Source: a virus (lineage: Duplodnaviria; Caudoviricetes). Taken from it: a stretch of DNA of 61,897 nt. Below, in pieces: positions 1-9,647 of the stretch (position 1 is the first letter of the stretch; each line of letters begins with the position of its first letter). The position numbers were made by a program, and so were the translations under genes. The DNA is taken from the IMG/VR virus record IMGVR_UViG_3300034236_000005, positions 1-61,897 of that record, one strand, 5' to 3'. The notes under the pieces are model-generated. The model made no database searches. It worked only from the letters and a program-made list of their open reading frames with translations, and had not been told where the DNA came from.

Positions 1-31
1 CAAAACCGAGCGGAGCGGTTATGTTCGCGGA
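1..31. repeat. Terminal 31-nt direct repeat (copy 1); circular assembly overlap
   Basis: CAAAACCGAGCGGAGCGGTTATGTTCGCGGA is identical at 1-31 and 61867-61897; the reading frame continues across the join. Confidence 0.95.
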
Positions 32-2005
32 CACAGTGCGCAGTATGGTCCGGTTCTTCATGTAGATAACAGTGCTGCCGTCGTAAGTAACGGAACATGA
101 ATCTCCAGTAGCGTACCCTGAAAGAATCACACTGTTTGTACTTCCCGACTCGTAATAATACAGGTTGTTCCCTGTGCCGTAGAGCGCGTAGTCGATATTC
201 TGGTAGCTACTATCTTGGGCTGGGTTGCTGTCCAGACCAGCCATCCAGTCACCACCCGACAATGGCTCAAAGGATACAGACGCCCCGCCAGCAAAACCTT
301 GATAGGTGAATGCGCCCCCGTCCCAGCCAACCTGCCCCGACCGGGTTACCGAGTTACCTGTAATTGCCGTCCCTGCGCCAGCGGCGATGAGAGTGATATC
401 TGCTGTTGCGTTGTCTGCTGCCTTACCGGGTCCGGTAAGGCCCGCCCAGGTCGACGTAGTTGCGGCAAGCGCCGTCTCAGCGGCCACATCATCAAAAGAT
501 GGCGTCCATTGGGTTCGCTTGTTCCCTTCTTCCACCTGAATGCAATCCGCAACCATCCATGAGTACCCGGTCGAGTGAATTCCGAAACGGAATTCAATGC
601 TTGTAACCCCGGATGGGCATGTCCATAACATTTCGCAGACGGTCCAAGTCTGCACCGTATTTAGCACCGGCAGGGGCATCGCCAGATCAGTTCCGTTGCT
701 ATAGCGAATGTAAGTGCTGCTTCCTGTAATTGTTCCAGAAGTTGCGGTCTTATACATGAAAGACAGCACGTATTGCCGACCTGCGACCACAGACGTTTTG
801 GGACCGCCAATGTACAGGTATGCGTCGCCGCCAAGTGTGTCCAGAAATAGGGCCTTCGTTCCCGAATAGACTCCAACGACATCTGAAGTTATCGCGTTCG
901 AAACCCCTGCACTCCTATCCGTGCATGGATGCGTACCACGCTCAAAGCCACCATCCGGGTGCAGATTTCGCCCACCAACCACGATATCGGCGTTCTTCGT
1001 GCCAGGCGCTTCGTATCCGGCTTTCAACCCGCCGGCGTTGAGAATGACTGTCTGGCCGTCCGCGGCGTAGACGGTCAGCGAGCCCTTGATGATCGACGAA
1101 CCGTTAATGCGCACGTCGCCATTGACCAGCAGGCCGCTGGCGTCAGCGATGAATGGTGGGATGTTGCCCAGCTGCGTGAAGAACGACAGCCGGTCGGCCA
1201 GGAACACGATATCGCTGGTGGTCACGCCTTCAACTGGCGTTTCCGACGAGATCGACATGCCGGCGATGACCGGCGCCGCCTGTGTGCCGGCCACGATTTT
1301 CAGCGAATACTGGCCCAGCAAGCCATCGTTGACGTCGGCCTGCGCCAGAAACTTTTCTTCGATCGTGATGCCAGTCGATTCGCCGTCGATGTTATCCATG
1401 CGCGCGGTGACGGTCTTGATCGACCCGGCCATGGCGCGGGTGCTGTCAGCATAGGTACTGTCGACAGACCGGATGGCCGACACGTTGCGCTCGATCGCCG
1501 ACGTCAGTTCCTCCACGACGGCGGTAAAGCTGTTGCCATCGGTCTGCACCTTGCGTTCGATGCGCACGATGTCGGCGCGGCGCTCGCGCGCAGCTTCCTC
1601 GAGCGAGACTGTCAGCAGCGCGCGCAGTTCGTCAGGGAAAATGGCCAGGTCGTTGACATTGCCGATGTCGTGCTGCAGCGCCTTGAACGCCGCCGACTTG
1701 CGCACTTCGGCCTCGACGCGGCTGGCGAATTCCTGGAACGCTTCATCGGAACCGCTCGGCTGCGCCAGCGTGAACCCGGCGCTGCCAAAGAAAGGCCCGC
1801 CCTGGCCCAGCGAGCCCATGCCGTACAGATCTCGGAACGTGACGACGCGATCCCACTGCGACCCGCCGCGCCGGCCTAGCATGCCTTCCAGGATCTGCTT
1901 TACCTTGGACATGAATTCGTCGGTCGCTTGCGGCGAGCCCAGCGCCGGCAATGCCGACGAAGGCCCGGACGGCGGCAAGAGTTCTTGATTGATTGGCTTT
2001 TCCAT
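1..2005 (-). CDS. Tail fibre / host-specificity protein, 5' part (continues at 61866-60959; about 970 aa in total)
   Basis: Not in the ORF track because it runs off the edge. ATG at 2005 overlaps the upstream stop (TGATG). Hand translation: MEKPINQELLPPSGPSSALPALG...GRRGGSQWDRVVTFRDL...GQYSLKIVAG...SDIVFLADRLSF...GGRNLHPDGGFERG (CBM-like)...; 2005+908=2913 nt, in frame with ORF 60959-61843. Confidence 0.85.
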   Translation of the reverse strand, partial: MEKPINQELLPPSGPSSALPALGSPQATDEFMSKVKQILEGMLGRRGGSQWDRVVTFRDLYGMGSLGQGGPFFGSAGFTLAQPSGSDEAFQEFASRVEAEVRKSAAFKALQHDIGNVNDLAIFPDELRALLTVSLEEAARERRADIVRIERKVQTDGNSFTAVVEELTSAIERNVSAIRSVDSTYADSTRAMAGSIKTVTARMDNIDGESTGITIEEKFLAQADVNDGLLGQYSLKIVAGTQAAPVIAGMSISSETPVEGVTTSDIVFLADRLSFFTQLGNIPPFIADASGLLVNGDVRINGSSIIKGSLTVYAADGQTVILNAGGLKAGYEAPGTKNADIVVGGRNLHPDGGFERGTHPCTDRSAGVSNAITSDVVGVYSGTKALFLDTLGGDAYLYIGGPKTSVVAGRQYVLSFMYKTATSGTITGSSTYIRYSNGTDLAMPLPVLNTVQTWTVCEMLWTCPSGVTSIEFRFGIHSTGYSWMVADCIQVEEGNKRTQWTPSFDDVAAETALAATTSTWAGLTGPGKAADNATADITLIAAGAGTAITGNSVTRSGQVGWDGGAFTYQGFAGGASVSFEPLSGGDWMAGLDSNPAQDSSYQNIDYALYGTGNNLYYYESGSTNSVILSGYATGDSCSVTYDGSTVIYMKNRTILRTVSANITAPLGF

Positions 2006-3639
2006 CAGATCGCGGCCTTTAATTCATCGGTGGTGCTGGCCAGAACCACGCCGCTGATAATGGCGGCGGAGTCGATTTCGATGCGCCAGTCGGTGGCGCG
2101 GCCCGGCTTGACGCGCACCGGCGCGGCGCTGCTGACGACGACGGTATGCAGCAGCGCGCCATCGGCGTAGATGCGCACCGTCGCCGACACCGGCGTGGCG
2201 CCGTTCAGGAACGTCGAATCGACATGCAACCAGGCGAACGCCTGCGGGCGCGCGAGTCGGAACGTTTTCGAATTCCAGTAGCCGATGCGGTTGTCGCCAG
2301 CTGCTGGTGCCAGGTCGTACACGTTACTGCCGTTGATCACGTAAATGCCGCTGCTGTCGGAAAACACGGCGTCGGCGGCCTGGTCCAGCTCGGTGATGGT
2401 CTTGTTCTCGTAGTCGAACACCAGCGCGCCCTTGGCGCCGCCGCTCTTTGTGTAGAAAACCTTGTACATACCGTCGAACTCAGCGGCGCGCATGGTGGCC
2501 GGGCTGTACAGCTGCCATGCCTTGCGATCGATGATGCCCTTGGTGACGATCGTCACCTTGCCGTTCTCATACAGCGCAATGCCGTCCTGGCTGGCGTAGA
2601 ACACCGAATTTTGAATCGCCACCATCGACCGGGCCGACACGCATGGCACCTTCGACGAAATGATTTCTTCGGTCAGGCTTTCCGAATCGGTGCCAGTCAC
2701 CAGGTACGGGCGCCCGGTGGTGCCCACGAACGCCGACTGGCCGACCGCGACCACGCCGGTGATCTGGTGCGCCAGCGGCTTGTCGTACTTGGCCGGGAAG
2801 GCGTAAGGGTGATAAGGGACGCTGGCGTACAGCGTGCGGTCGACGTAGCCGATAAACACGCCATTGGGCAGGCCGGTCAACCCTTTCAGGCCGGCAGGCG
2901 GCTCGAGCCAGCCGAACGTGGCGCAGACGTCATTCAGATCCTTGTCTTTCTTGGCGTCGTTGATGATGGTTTGCGCGATCAGATATTCGCCCTGCAGCTT
3001 GAAGGCGGCGGACGTGGTGCCGGTGGCCGAGCGGTACAGCCGGCGCGCGGTGATGTTGCGCCCGGCGGGCGGCGCGCTGCAGGTAATCTGCGCGGTGTCG
3101 ATATCGTTCAGCGTGACCAGCGCCGACGCCGCCGACGGCTGGGATTCCTCGCCGCGGTCGGTCACGAACGTTTCCACGTACACGCGCGTGCTTTCGGTGG
3201 CATCCACGCCGGCGGGAAACGATGGTGCGATCGTGGTGTTGAACATGGCCTTGGCGCGCGCGATCAGCGACGCCCGGTATTCCTTGTACGGCGCCTCGAT
3301 CGCCGCTGTCTCGGTCACCATCTTGGCGCGCAGGTCGAGCAGGCGCGTGCGGGCGTCGCCCTTGACGCTGATGGTGCCGGGGTAGTTGGGATGACGAATC
3401 CAATGCTCCCGGTTGACCACGGCCTGCAGCGCGTTGGCGATGGCCAGCGCGTCGGATTCCTTGACGCGAATCGCAGTGAAGCGCGTTCCATTCATAGAGA
3501 ACCCGAACTGCGTCGTCATCCAGCTGATCAATTCTGCATGCTTGACGCGCTTGCTGCCGTCGGCGTCGATGTAGATAAAGTCGGCCAGCAGGACAGCAAT
3601 TGCGGCGGGCGTCGTATTTTGGTTGATGTTCGCTGTCAT
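2005..3639 (-). CDS. Tail nozzle / stabilization-like protein, C-terminal part
   Basis: 544 aa; YVETFVTDRGEESQPS, RRLYRS, PYHPYAFP, FYASQDG motifs typical of podovirus tail-tubular/nozzle proteins; lies upstream of the tail fibre. Confidence 0.7.
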   Translation of the reverse strand: MTANINQNTTPAAIAVLLADFIYIDADGSKRVKHAELISWMTTQFGFSMNGTRFTAIRVKESDALAIANALQAVVNREHWIRHPNYPGTISVKGDARTRLLDLRAKMVTETAAIEAPYKEYRASLIARAKAMFNTTIAPSFPAGVDATESTRVYVETFVTDRGEESQPSAASALVTLNDIDTAQITCSAPPAGRNITARRLYRSATGTTSAAFKLQGEYLIAQTIINDAKKDKDLNDVCATFGWLEPPAGLKGLTGLPNGVFIGYVDRTLYASVPYHPYAFPAKYDKPLAHQITGVVAVGQSAFVGTTGRPYLVTGTDSESLTEEIISSKVPCVSARSMVAIQNSVFYASQDGIALYENGKVTIVTKGIIDRKAWQLYSPATMRAAEFDGMYKVFYTKSGGAKGALVFDYENKTITELDQAADAVFSDSSGIYVINGSNVYDLAPAAGDNRIGYWNSKTFRLARPQAFAWLHVDSTFLNGATPVSATVRIYADGALLHTVVVSSAAPVRVKPGRATDWRIEIDSAAIISGVVLASTTDELKAAI

Positions 3640-4686
3640 TTAGAGCCCGTTATAGTCGACCGAGTACCCGTCTAGCGCGTTGGCGATCGACTCTGCTGCC
3701 TGCAAAATGGCTGCCGTGATGTCCGACGCCACGTCGACGCGCGCGTAAAACGCGGTCATTTCCGCCTTGTTCGCGGCTACTGTCGCGGAAGCGCCACCGT
3801 TGGCGATCAGTACAAATTCGTTCTTGATCAGCTTGAGGCGCCCGATTGCGGCGTCGCGCGTGGCGTTGGCAGCCTTCAGCGAGTCGGCCAGGTCGGTCGT
3901 GATCGCCGTTACCTGCGACGCCGACAGCAGCTTGATGATGCCCAGCGAATCGGTGGGGTTGGCGATTGCCGACAGATCCGCTGCCAGGCCGGCGTCGAAC
4001 GTGACGGTTTGCCCGCGCAGGTTCACCGGAACATAGCCGGTGGTGGTCGGGCCCACTGTCTCGGTAAAGAATCCAAACTCGGCCGAAATCAGCGCCGAGT
4101 GCAGCGGGTTGGTGGGCACAAACGTGCCGCTGACCAGGGCCCCGGCGATCACAAAGCGGAATTCCCATGGCTCGGTCGACACGACGAAGTGCGGCGAGTA
4201 GTCGCCCACTTCCAGGCCGACATAACCCAGCGTGGCGTTGGCCCAAATCAGGGACGTGAATTCCGACGTTTTCAGGCCCATCGCCGTCGCTGCGATGGCT
4301 TCGGTGTAGGCGGTCGACGCGATCACACCCACCAGTGGCGCCGCGCCTGGCTTGGGCACGCCCAGCTGGCGCACCACGAACGAGTTGTCGGTAACTTTCG
4401 GCGCGCCGTCACCGGTGTAATAGGTGCGCTCGGTCGTGTCGGTCGGGATCGGACCGCGCACATAGTTGACCTGGTAAATGCTCGAGATAAAGCTGCCGGC
4501 GGTTTCAAACCGGTACAGCGTCGCACCTGGTGCGATCGCGCCCAGGTTGACGGCGGCCAGCATCGGGCGCAGGTCGCCGAAGCGCGGGTTGGTGTTTTTG
4601 GCGTAGGTGGCCACCGCCTCGTTGATGGCTTTGGAATTGGCGCTTGGCGCCATGCCGCCGAAGCTGCGCAGGACGATCGACGCCAT
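3640..4686 (-). CDS. Tail nozzle-like protein, N-terminal part
   Basis: 348 aa; begins FGGMAP...GDLRP...ERTYYTGDGAPKVT...LGVPKP; same frame as and abutting 2005-3639 (TAA ATG). Confidence 0.65.
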   Translation of the reverse strand: MASIVLRSFGGMAPSANSKAINEAVATYAKNTNPRFGDLRPMLAAVNLGAIAPGATLYRFETAGSFISSIYQVNYVRGPIPTDTTERTYYTGDGAPKVTDNSFVVRQLGVPKPGAAPLVGVIASTAYTEAIAATAMGLKTSEFTSLIWANATLGYVGLEVGDYSPHFVVSTEPWEFRFVIAGALVSGTFVPTNPLHSALISAEFGFFTETVGPTTTGYVPVNLRGQTVTFDAGLAADLSAIANPTDSLGIIKLLSASQVTAITTDLADSLKAANATRDAAIGRLKLIKNEFVLIANGGASATVAANKAEMTAFYARVDVASDITAAILQAAESIANALDGYSVDYNGL

Positions 4687-5333
4687 TACTTGGCCGCCTT
4701 CTTGTCGGTCGCTTCGACTTGTTCCTTGGCGCCGAGCAGCGCCAGGAACTCGGCGCGGTGCGCAGCTGCGCCGGCCATGGTGTTCAATTCGCCTTCCTTC
4801 AGGTAGGCGCGGTACACCACGTAGTGCATCAGGGCGGTTTTGTAGATGTCGTCCAGGCTGATCGTGCTGCCTTCCACGGCCATATCCGCCGGCGTGCCGT
4901 AGTACATCAGGTCGACGTAGCCCATGGCGCCACCAGGCTGCGGCGGCGAGACATAGAACACTTTCGGATCGCGCTCGTCGTAGCCGTATTCCAGCACCGT
5001 CGCGCTGGTCGGATCCGCATGCCAGTTCGGCGACAGCCGGTCCATGGTCTGCAGGTCCATCACGCGCGGCACGCGGCCCGGCGTGGCGCCGGCGCCCATG
5101 TTGCGCACCAGGCGCACAAAGCCGTTGCCGTTCGCCGGGATGGCCTGCTTGGTGCCGGCCACCAGCTGCACCGCGGCGCTGACGGTCAGCACGTCAGGCT
5201 TGACCAGGCAGGCGTCGCGCTGGCCATCGTTCAGGTAGCCCAGCAACTCGGCGCGCGAGTAGCGCGCATTGCCCTCGTCCTGCAGCGTGAAGGCGGCGGC
5301 GTTGATGATGGTTTGGGCGGTTACGGTTGGCAT
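4686..5333 (-). CDS. Head-tail adaptor-like virion protein
   Basis: 215 aa; ELLGYLNDGQR...YVVYRAYLKE pattern; position in the structural operon. Confidence 0.65.
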   Translation of the reverse strand: MPTVTAQTIINAAAFTLQDEGNARYSRAELLGYLNDGQRDACLVKPDVLTVSAAVQLVAGTKQAIPANGNGFVRLVRNMGAGATPGRVPRVMDLQTMDRLSPNWHADPTSATVLEYGYDERDPKVFYVSPPQPGGAMGYVDLMYYGTPADMAVEGSTISLDDIYKTALMHYVVYRAYLKEGELNTMAGAAAHRAEFLALLGAKEQVEATDKKAAK

Positions 5334-5494
5334 GCTCTACCTTTTTGAGTGGCTTAAATTCCAGCCCTCCCTGCCCGGCGAAGGATTCACACGACGGGGG
5401 GAGTGCTTATCTACGTTTTGCACGGCGCAGGCACTGATAGCGAATCCTGCATTCCAACAGGCCGGCTCCCGCGCGGCCACCGCTCATACCCACA

Positions 5495-6091
5495 TCACAT
5501 GAAACTCGGTTGCGTCCGCAAAGGCGCGCTGCTGTATCCCTTTGCGGCGTTGATTTTGGCGATGGCCATCATGTTTTCGAACCTGTCGCGGGCCTGCTCG
5601 GCGGCGCCCGGGTTGGAGAACGGTTGGTTGACCATGGCGAACAGCTCGGCTTTCGCGCCTTGTGCGATCGCCCGCGCGTGGAATGAATACAGCAGGTCAT
5701 CGATGCCGGTGGCGATGTTCGACGGCTTCAGCACGGCCTTGATGCTCACCTTCAGGCCGGCGGCGGGCGTTGGCTGCAGCTGGAACTGGCGCTGGTCGAC
5801 GTTGCAGATTCCGATCTGGTTGTTGCCCAGCTGGTCGTGCAGCAGCAGCGGCAGGCGCTGTTCGCCTAACTTCGCCTCGAGCAGCTTGCACACTTCCTGT
5901 TCGGCGGTCACCGGGAAGTTGTACGCCGGCGTGTTGGCCAGCGTGGTCACGTCAGCGAGCGTCACGCGCCAGACTTGCGTCTGTTCACAGAATTCTTGCG
6001 CCGCCATGCGCAGGGCGTTGGCGGCAGCGGCATAGGTGCAGCCGGGCACATCGCTCAAATAATAGTCGTGCAGTTCAAACCATAATTTCAC
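5495..6091 (-). CDS. Head-tail adaptor-like virion protein
   Basis: 198 aa, GTG start; AAQEFCEQTQVWR, AIAQGAKAEL...QPFSNP; synteny. Confidence 0.6.
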   Translation of the reverse strand: MKLWFELHDYYLSDVPGCTYAAAANALRMAAQEFCEQTQVWRVTLADVTTLANTPAYNFPVTAEQEVCKLLEAKLGEQRLPLLLHDQLGNNQIGICNVDQRQFQLQPTPAAGLKVSIKAVLKPSNIATGIDDLLYSFHARAIAQGAKAELFAMVNQPFSNPGAAEQARDRFENMMAIAKINAAKGYSSAPLRTQPSFM

Positions 6092-6106
6092 GATGTGCCC
6101 TTTCGC

Positions 6107-6556
6107 TTATTCGCCGCGCGTCTTTTCGACGATCTTGTCGATCACCGTCTGGTTGCTCCACTTGTGATGCACGACGATGCCGAATTCTTCCTTGGCCAGC
6201 TGGCGCAGTTCTTCTGGCGCCAGGACAGACAAGTTAATCTGGTCGCCGGCAGCGTTGGCGATCATGGTCGGCTTGACTTCTTTCGGGTCGCTGCTCTTGT
6301 TGCCGGCGATGGTCTGTCCGGTGACTTTTGGCTTGGCCGGCAGCACGGCGTCTGGATCCTGCAGCGAATATGCCTCCTTGATCGCCAGCAGGCGCCAGAT
6401 CGCGCCGGCGTCGGTATCAGGGATGGCGCAAGTGTGGTCGATCTCCGGATCGGTGCCGTCGCCCGATTCTGGCTTGAAGTGATAAACCTTGCCTTCAAGT
6501 TCGACTTTGGTTCCGCCCTTGCGCTTCGGCTTGCACACGAAAACGATATTGCCCAT
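6107..6556 (-). CDS. Hypothetical head-module protein with C-terminal small helical motif
   Basis: 149 aa, AAGGA RBS; lies after the capsid decoration gene. Confidence 0.6.
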   Translation of the reverse strand: MGNIVFVCKPKRKGGTKVELEGKVYHFKPESGDGTDPEIDHTCAIPDTDAGAIWRLLAIKEAYSLQDPDAVLPAKPKVTGQTIAGNKSSDPKEVKPTMIANAAGDQINLSVLAPEELRQLAKEEFGIVVHHKWSNQTVIDKIVEKTRGE

Positions 6557-6636
6557 GGGATTTTCCTTTGATGTGGTGCTACTGGTGGAAGAAGGGCGGC
6601 TGCATTGCGCAGCCGCCTACTACATGCGCCTCGGGC

Positions 6637-7092
6637 TTACGCCGTTGCGCTCAGCTGCACGGCAATTTTCTTGCCGACAGCTGCTTGGGTCGCGGCGCCA
6701 GCCACGATTTTGATACCAAGGCGACGTTCCACGGCGGCAGCGCCGCACAGGTACACGCTGGCATTCGTGGCGCGCGCCAGGCCGCCGGTTTGACCCACGT
6801 TCGAAGCAGCGATGAACGTGTCATTGGCGCCGGCGGCCAGGTCGGTTTTGGCAGCATTCAGGATGCCGACCGACATGGTGATGGTTGGCGCACCGTTGGT
6901 GTCCAGGTCATCGCTGACCAGGATGACGTCCATCGGCTTAACGCCGGCTTCGATCGGGCCCAGGTCGATGATGTCGCCAGCGGCCAGCGCGCCGGTGGTG
7001 GTGAATTCGAACAGCAGCGCCATGATCAGCGCGGACTGCAGCGAAGGAACCGGGGTTTTGCCCGATGCGGTTTTCGAAGTGTACAGAGCCAT
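6637..7092 (-). CDS. Putative capsid decoration/cement protein
   Basis: 151 aa directly after the major capsid gene; LAAGDIIDL...SDDLDTNGAPTITMSVG; GGAGG RBS. Confidence 0.65.
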   Translation of the reverse strand: MALYTSKTASGKTPVPSLQSALIMALLFEFTTTGALAAGDIIDLGPIEAGVKPMDVILVSDDLDTNGAPTITMSVGILNAAKTDLAAGANDTFIAASNVGQTGGLARATNASVYLCGAAAVERRLGIKIVAGAATQAAVGKKIAVQLSATA

Positions 7093-7131
7093 TTTATAGC
7101 CTCCAAATAAATATAAGATTTGAAACTTTTA

Positions 7132-7161
7132 AATAAAGCCCAGCGCAGGCCGGGCTTTATT
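7132..7161 (-). terminator. Intrinsic terminator-like hairpin after the major capsid gene
   Basis: AATAAAGCCC-N10-GGGCTTTATT inverted repeat with A/T flanks. Confidence 0.7.
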
Positions 7162-7185
7162 CGTCGCTTACAGCACCGGCGGGGA

Positions 7186-8304
7186 TTAACCCGGATCGAC
7201 GATCGACGTGTCGAGCGCGATCACACCGAAATCGCGGCTGGTGCCGTCGATCGTGAACGCGGTCTTCTTGATGCCGAAGATCGAGCCGGTGGTGATCACA
7301 ACCTGGTTGCCGCGGTCTTCCTGTTCCTCGTGCCAGTCGAAGCGCAGGCCGGTGCCGGCAGAGCCGAACGCGACAACTGCAGCCTGACGGCCCAGGAACA
7401 GCGAGCGGGCCGAAGCGACGTTGGAACCGGCGCCGTAGTCGTTGGCCGTGATCACTGCCTTGTGCTTGTGCAGGATGACGTTGTTGTACATGCCCAGGCC
7501 GCCCTTGAACATCGGGTTGCTGCGACCTTCAGCAGCGGCAGCAGCTTTCTGGATATCAACCCAGCTACCTGCCGACGTGGTGGTGCGCAGGCTGTATTCC
7601 TGCCATGGGTGCAATACCTGCACGTAGTGTTCTTCGCCGTCGATCTTGCACGGCTCGATCGCTGGGACACCGGACGAACCGCCGCCCATGGTCGAAGCGC
7701 GGGCCACTTCGCGGTCGATGGCTGCCAGCGACATGACGTCACCAGCGACCAGCGATGCTTTCGACGTTGCGGCGCCGCCATACATCAGGTGCAGCGAATC
7801 CGGAGCAACGAACGCATTGCCGGCCATGCCGGTGTAGTCGGTGCCGTAGATGAAGTCGGCGTTGTTGCCGCGGCGGCCCGACAGGTACATGAAGAAAAGT
7901 TCGTCGAACACGCGAGCCCACCAGTCGGTCTGGCGTGCGCGGGCGATCTTGCGCAGGTCGTGCAGGGTGCGCTTGCGCGACATCTTGCCACCGGTGTTCA
8001 CGCCACCGCGGGCCTGGTCGATCGACACCGAATCGGTGTAGAACTTCAGATCTTCTTCCTTGCCGCGCAGGATGGCGTCGCCTTCAACCGGCTGCATCTT
8101 CAGCTGCATCACCAGGTCGTAGGTGATGGTGTCGCCGGCGTCGTTTTCCAGGTTCAGCAGGGTCTGGATCGGGGTTTGCGCCTCGATGCCTACGCCCATG
8201 AACTTCTTGTTGAAGTAGGAAGCGCGGCCTACGTCGACAGCCAGGAAGCCGCCGAACTTACGAACTGCTTTGGCGTCGTTGACGCCAACAATGGTCTGAG
8301 CCAT
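7186..8304 (-). CDS. Major capsid protein (N4-gp56-like family)
   Basis: 372 aa from the ATG at 8304 with GAGAGG RBS; MAQTIVGVNDAKAVRK, GKEEDLKFYTD, RKRTLHDLR, DFGVIALDT; follows portal and scaffold. Confidence 0.9.
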   Translation of the reverse strand: MAQTIVGVNDAKAVRKFGGFLAVDVGRASYFNKKFMGVGIEAQTPIQTLLNLENDAGDTITYDLVMQLKMQPVEGDAILRGKEEDLKFYTDSVSIDQARGGVNTGGKMSRKRTLHDLRKIARARQTDWWARVFDELFFMYLSGRRGNNADFIYGTDYTGMAGNAFVAPDSLHLMYGGAATSKASLVAGDVMSLAAIDREVARASTMGGGSSGVPAIEPCKIDGEEHYVQVLHPWQEYSLRTTTSAGSWVDIQKAAAAAEGRSNPMFKGGLGMYNNVILHKHKAVITANDYGAGSNVASARSLFLGRQAAVVAFGSAGTGLRFDWHEEQEDRGNQVVITTGSIFGIKKTAFTIDGTSRDFGVIALDTSIVDPG

Positions 8305-8348
8305 GAAAGTACCTCTCTTATAAAGGATTAAACAAGAGGGGCACTTTC
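8305..8348 (-). promoter_or_regulatory. Hairpin occluding the capsid gene ribosome-binding site
   Basis: GAAAGTGCCCCTCTT pairs with AAGAGAGGTACTTTC, which ends immediately before the ATG. Confidence 0.55.
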
Positions 8349-8406
8349 TGCGCTCCACCAACAATGGGCATTATGCCCAATAACAACATTCCTGAGTGAA
8401 ATATTT

Positions 8407-8634
8407 TTAGCTTGCCTTGATACCCAGCATTGCCTGCGCTGCGCCGGTGCTTCGGCGGCGCTCCACGCCATCGGGCGGGATGCCGCCTGGCGCCCGCTCG
8501 ATCACTGCGCCATGGTGGACAAACCGGATCTTGACGCGCTGACCCGATTTTTCCTCGATGGTAAAGATGATATTGCCGTCGTCGATAGACACGGTTTGCC
8601 CGACTTTCACGTCCATCAACAGCGTTTTTTTCAT
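8407..8634 (-). CDS. CsrA/RsmA-like small RNA-binding protein
   Basis: 75 aa; LLMDVKVGQTVSIDDGNIIFTIEEKSGQRVKIRF aligns by eye with CsrA ([32 protein letters not shown]). Confidence 0.6.
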   Translation of the reverse strand: MKKTLLMDVKVGQTVSIDDGNIIFTIEEKSGQRVKIRFVHHGAVIERAPGGIPPDGVERRRSTGAAQAMLGIKAS

Positions 8635-9644
8635 CACATTGCCTCGTAGCGGGCTTTTTGCTCGGGTGTCAGGGATGCCAGGGCCCGTTCGTAGGCCATG
8701 CCGGACAGCTTGTCGATGCCTGAGAATTCGCCGGCGTCGCCTGCTTCGGTTTCGGCAGCAGCTGGCAGACCGCCCAGCGACGGCGGGATGCCTTCCAGGT
8801 TCGGCGCGCGGCCCGCTTTTTTCGGCGCTGCCGGCTTGGCTGGTGCTGCAGCTGGCGCTGCCTTTGCGCCAGGCATCGGGATGTCGAATTCAGACATCAC
8901 TTTCTTGTGCGCTTGCTCGAGGAACCACTTGCCAGGGCGATCGGCGTTTTCCGGCTTGGTACTGAGGCGCTTGACCCAATCATCCAGTGCCGACATCTTT
9001 TCAGCGTCGGCGCTGTAGTTGACGCCGTTGCGCGCGGCGTCGACCTGGAACGCATGCACGATGCCGAACCATTCGATTTCGTCGGCGCGCTGGTCTTTCA
9101 GGGCGTCGCGGTCACGCATGTATTCGGCGTCGGCCTTGGAATATTCCTTGGCGTCGATCGTGCCATCCATCATGTCTTGCAGCTTTTGGGCCTTGGCTTC
9201 GTCCAGCGCGGCCAGCGCGGTGGTGAACCGATCGTCGACAGCGCGCAGATCCAGCGCCGGCACGTTGGCGCTCAGGTCCGTCACTTCGGTGATCAGTTCG
9301 GCGCCATCGATCACGCTGTCGTCGATTTTGCCCGCGTCGGCGTCGATCACTTTGGCAGCTGGCGTTTGATCGCCATCTTCGTCGCCATCCTCGTCGCCGT
9401 CGTCATCTTCGTCAGTGGCGACCGGCTTTTTCGCCGGCGCTGGATCGTCGTCGCCCGCATCATCGTCGGCGGCATCCTGCAGCGTCTTGCCGGCCTTGGT
9501 TTCGACGGCCCGGCCACCATCCAGCACGGCATTGATCAGCGCGTCTTCGTCGTCGCTGTCGCCCAGCTGGGCGCGCAGTTCGTCGGCGGACATCAGGTTG
9601 TAAGTGGCGGTCAGTTCCGCCGCTTCTTCGGTACTCAGTGTCAT
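8634..9644 (-). CDS. Capsid scaffolding protein
   Basis: 336 aa, highly acidic, lies between portal and capsid; C-terminal IDKLSGMAYERALASL helix. Confidence 0.75.
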   Translation of the reverse strand: MTLSTEEAAELTATYNLMSADELRAQLGDSDDEDALINAVLDGGRAVETKAGKTLQDAADDDAGDDDPAPAKKPVATDEDDDGDEDGDEDGDQTPAAKVIDADAGKIDDSVIDGAELITEVTDLSANVPALDLRAVDDRFTTALAALDEAKAQKLQDMMDGTIDAKEYSKADAEYMRDRDALKDQRADEIEWFGIVHAFQVDAARNGVNYSADAEKMSALDDWVKRLSTKPENADRPGKWFLEQAHKKVMSEFDIPMPGAKAAPAAAPAKPAAPKKAGRAPNLEGIPPSLGGLPAAAETEAGDAGEFSGIDKLSGMAYERALASLTPEQKARYEAM

Positions 9645-9647
9645 GTT

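Noticed and set aside
1-31. Terminal repeat as a biological DTR or att site
   Set aside because: Exactly 31 nt and in the middle of a gene; best explained as assembler overlap
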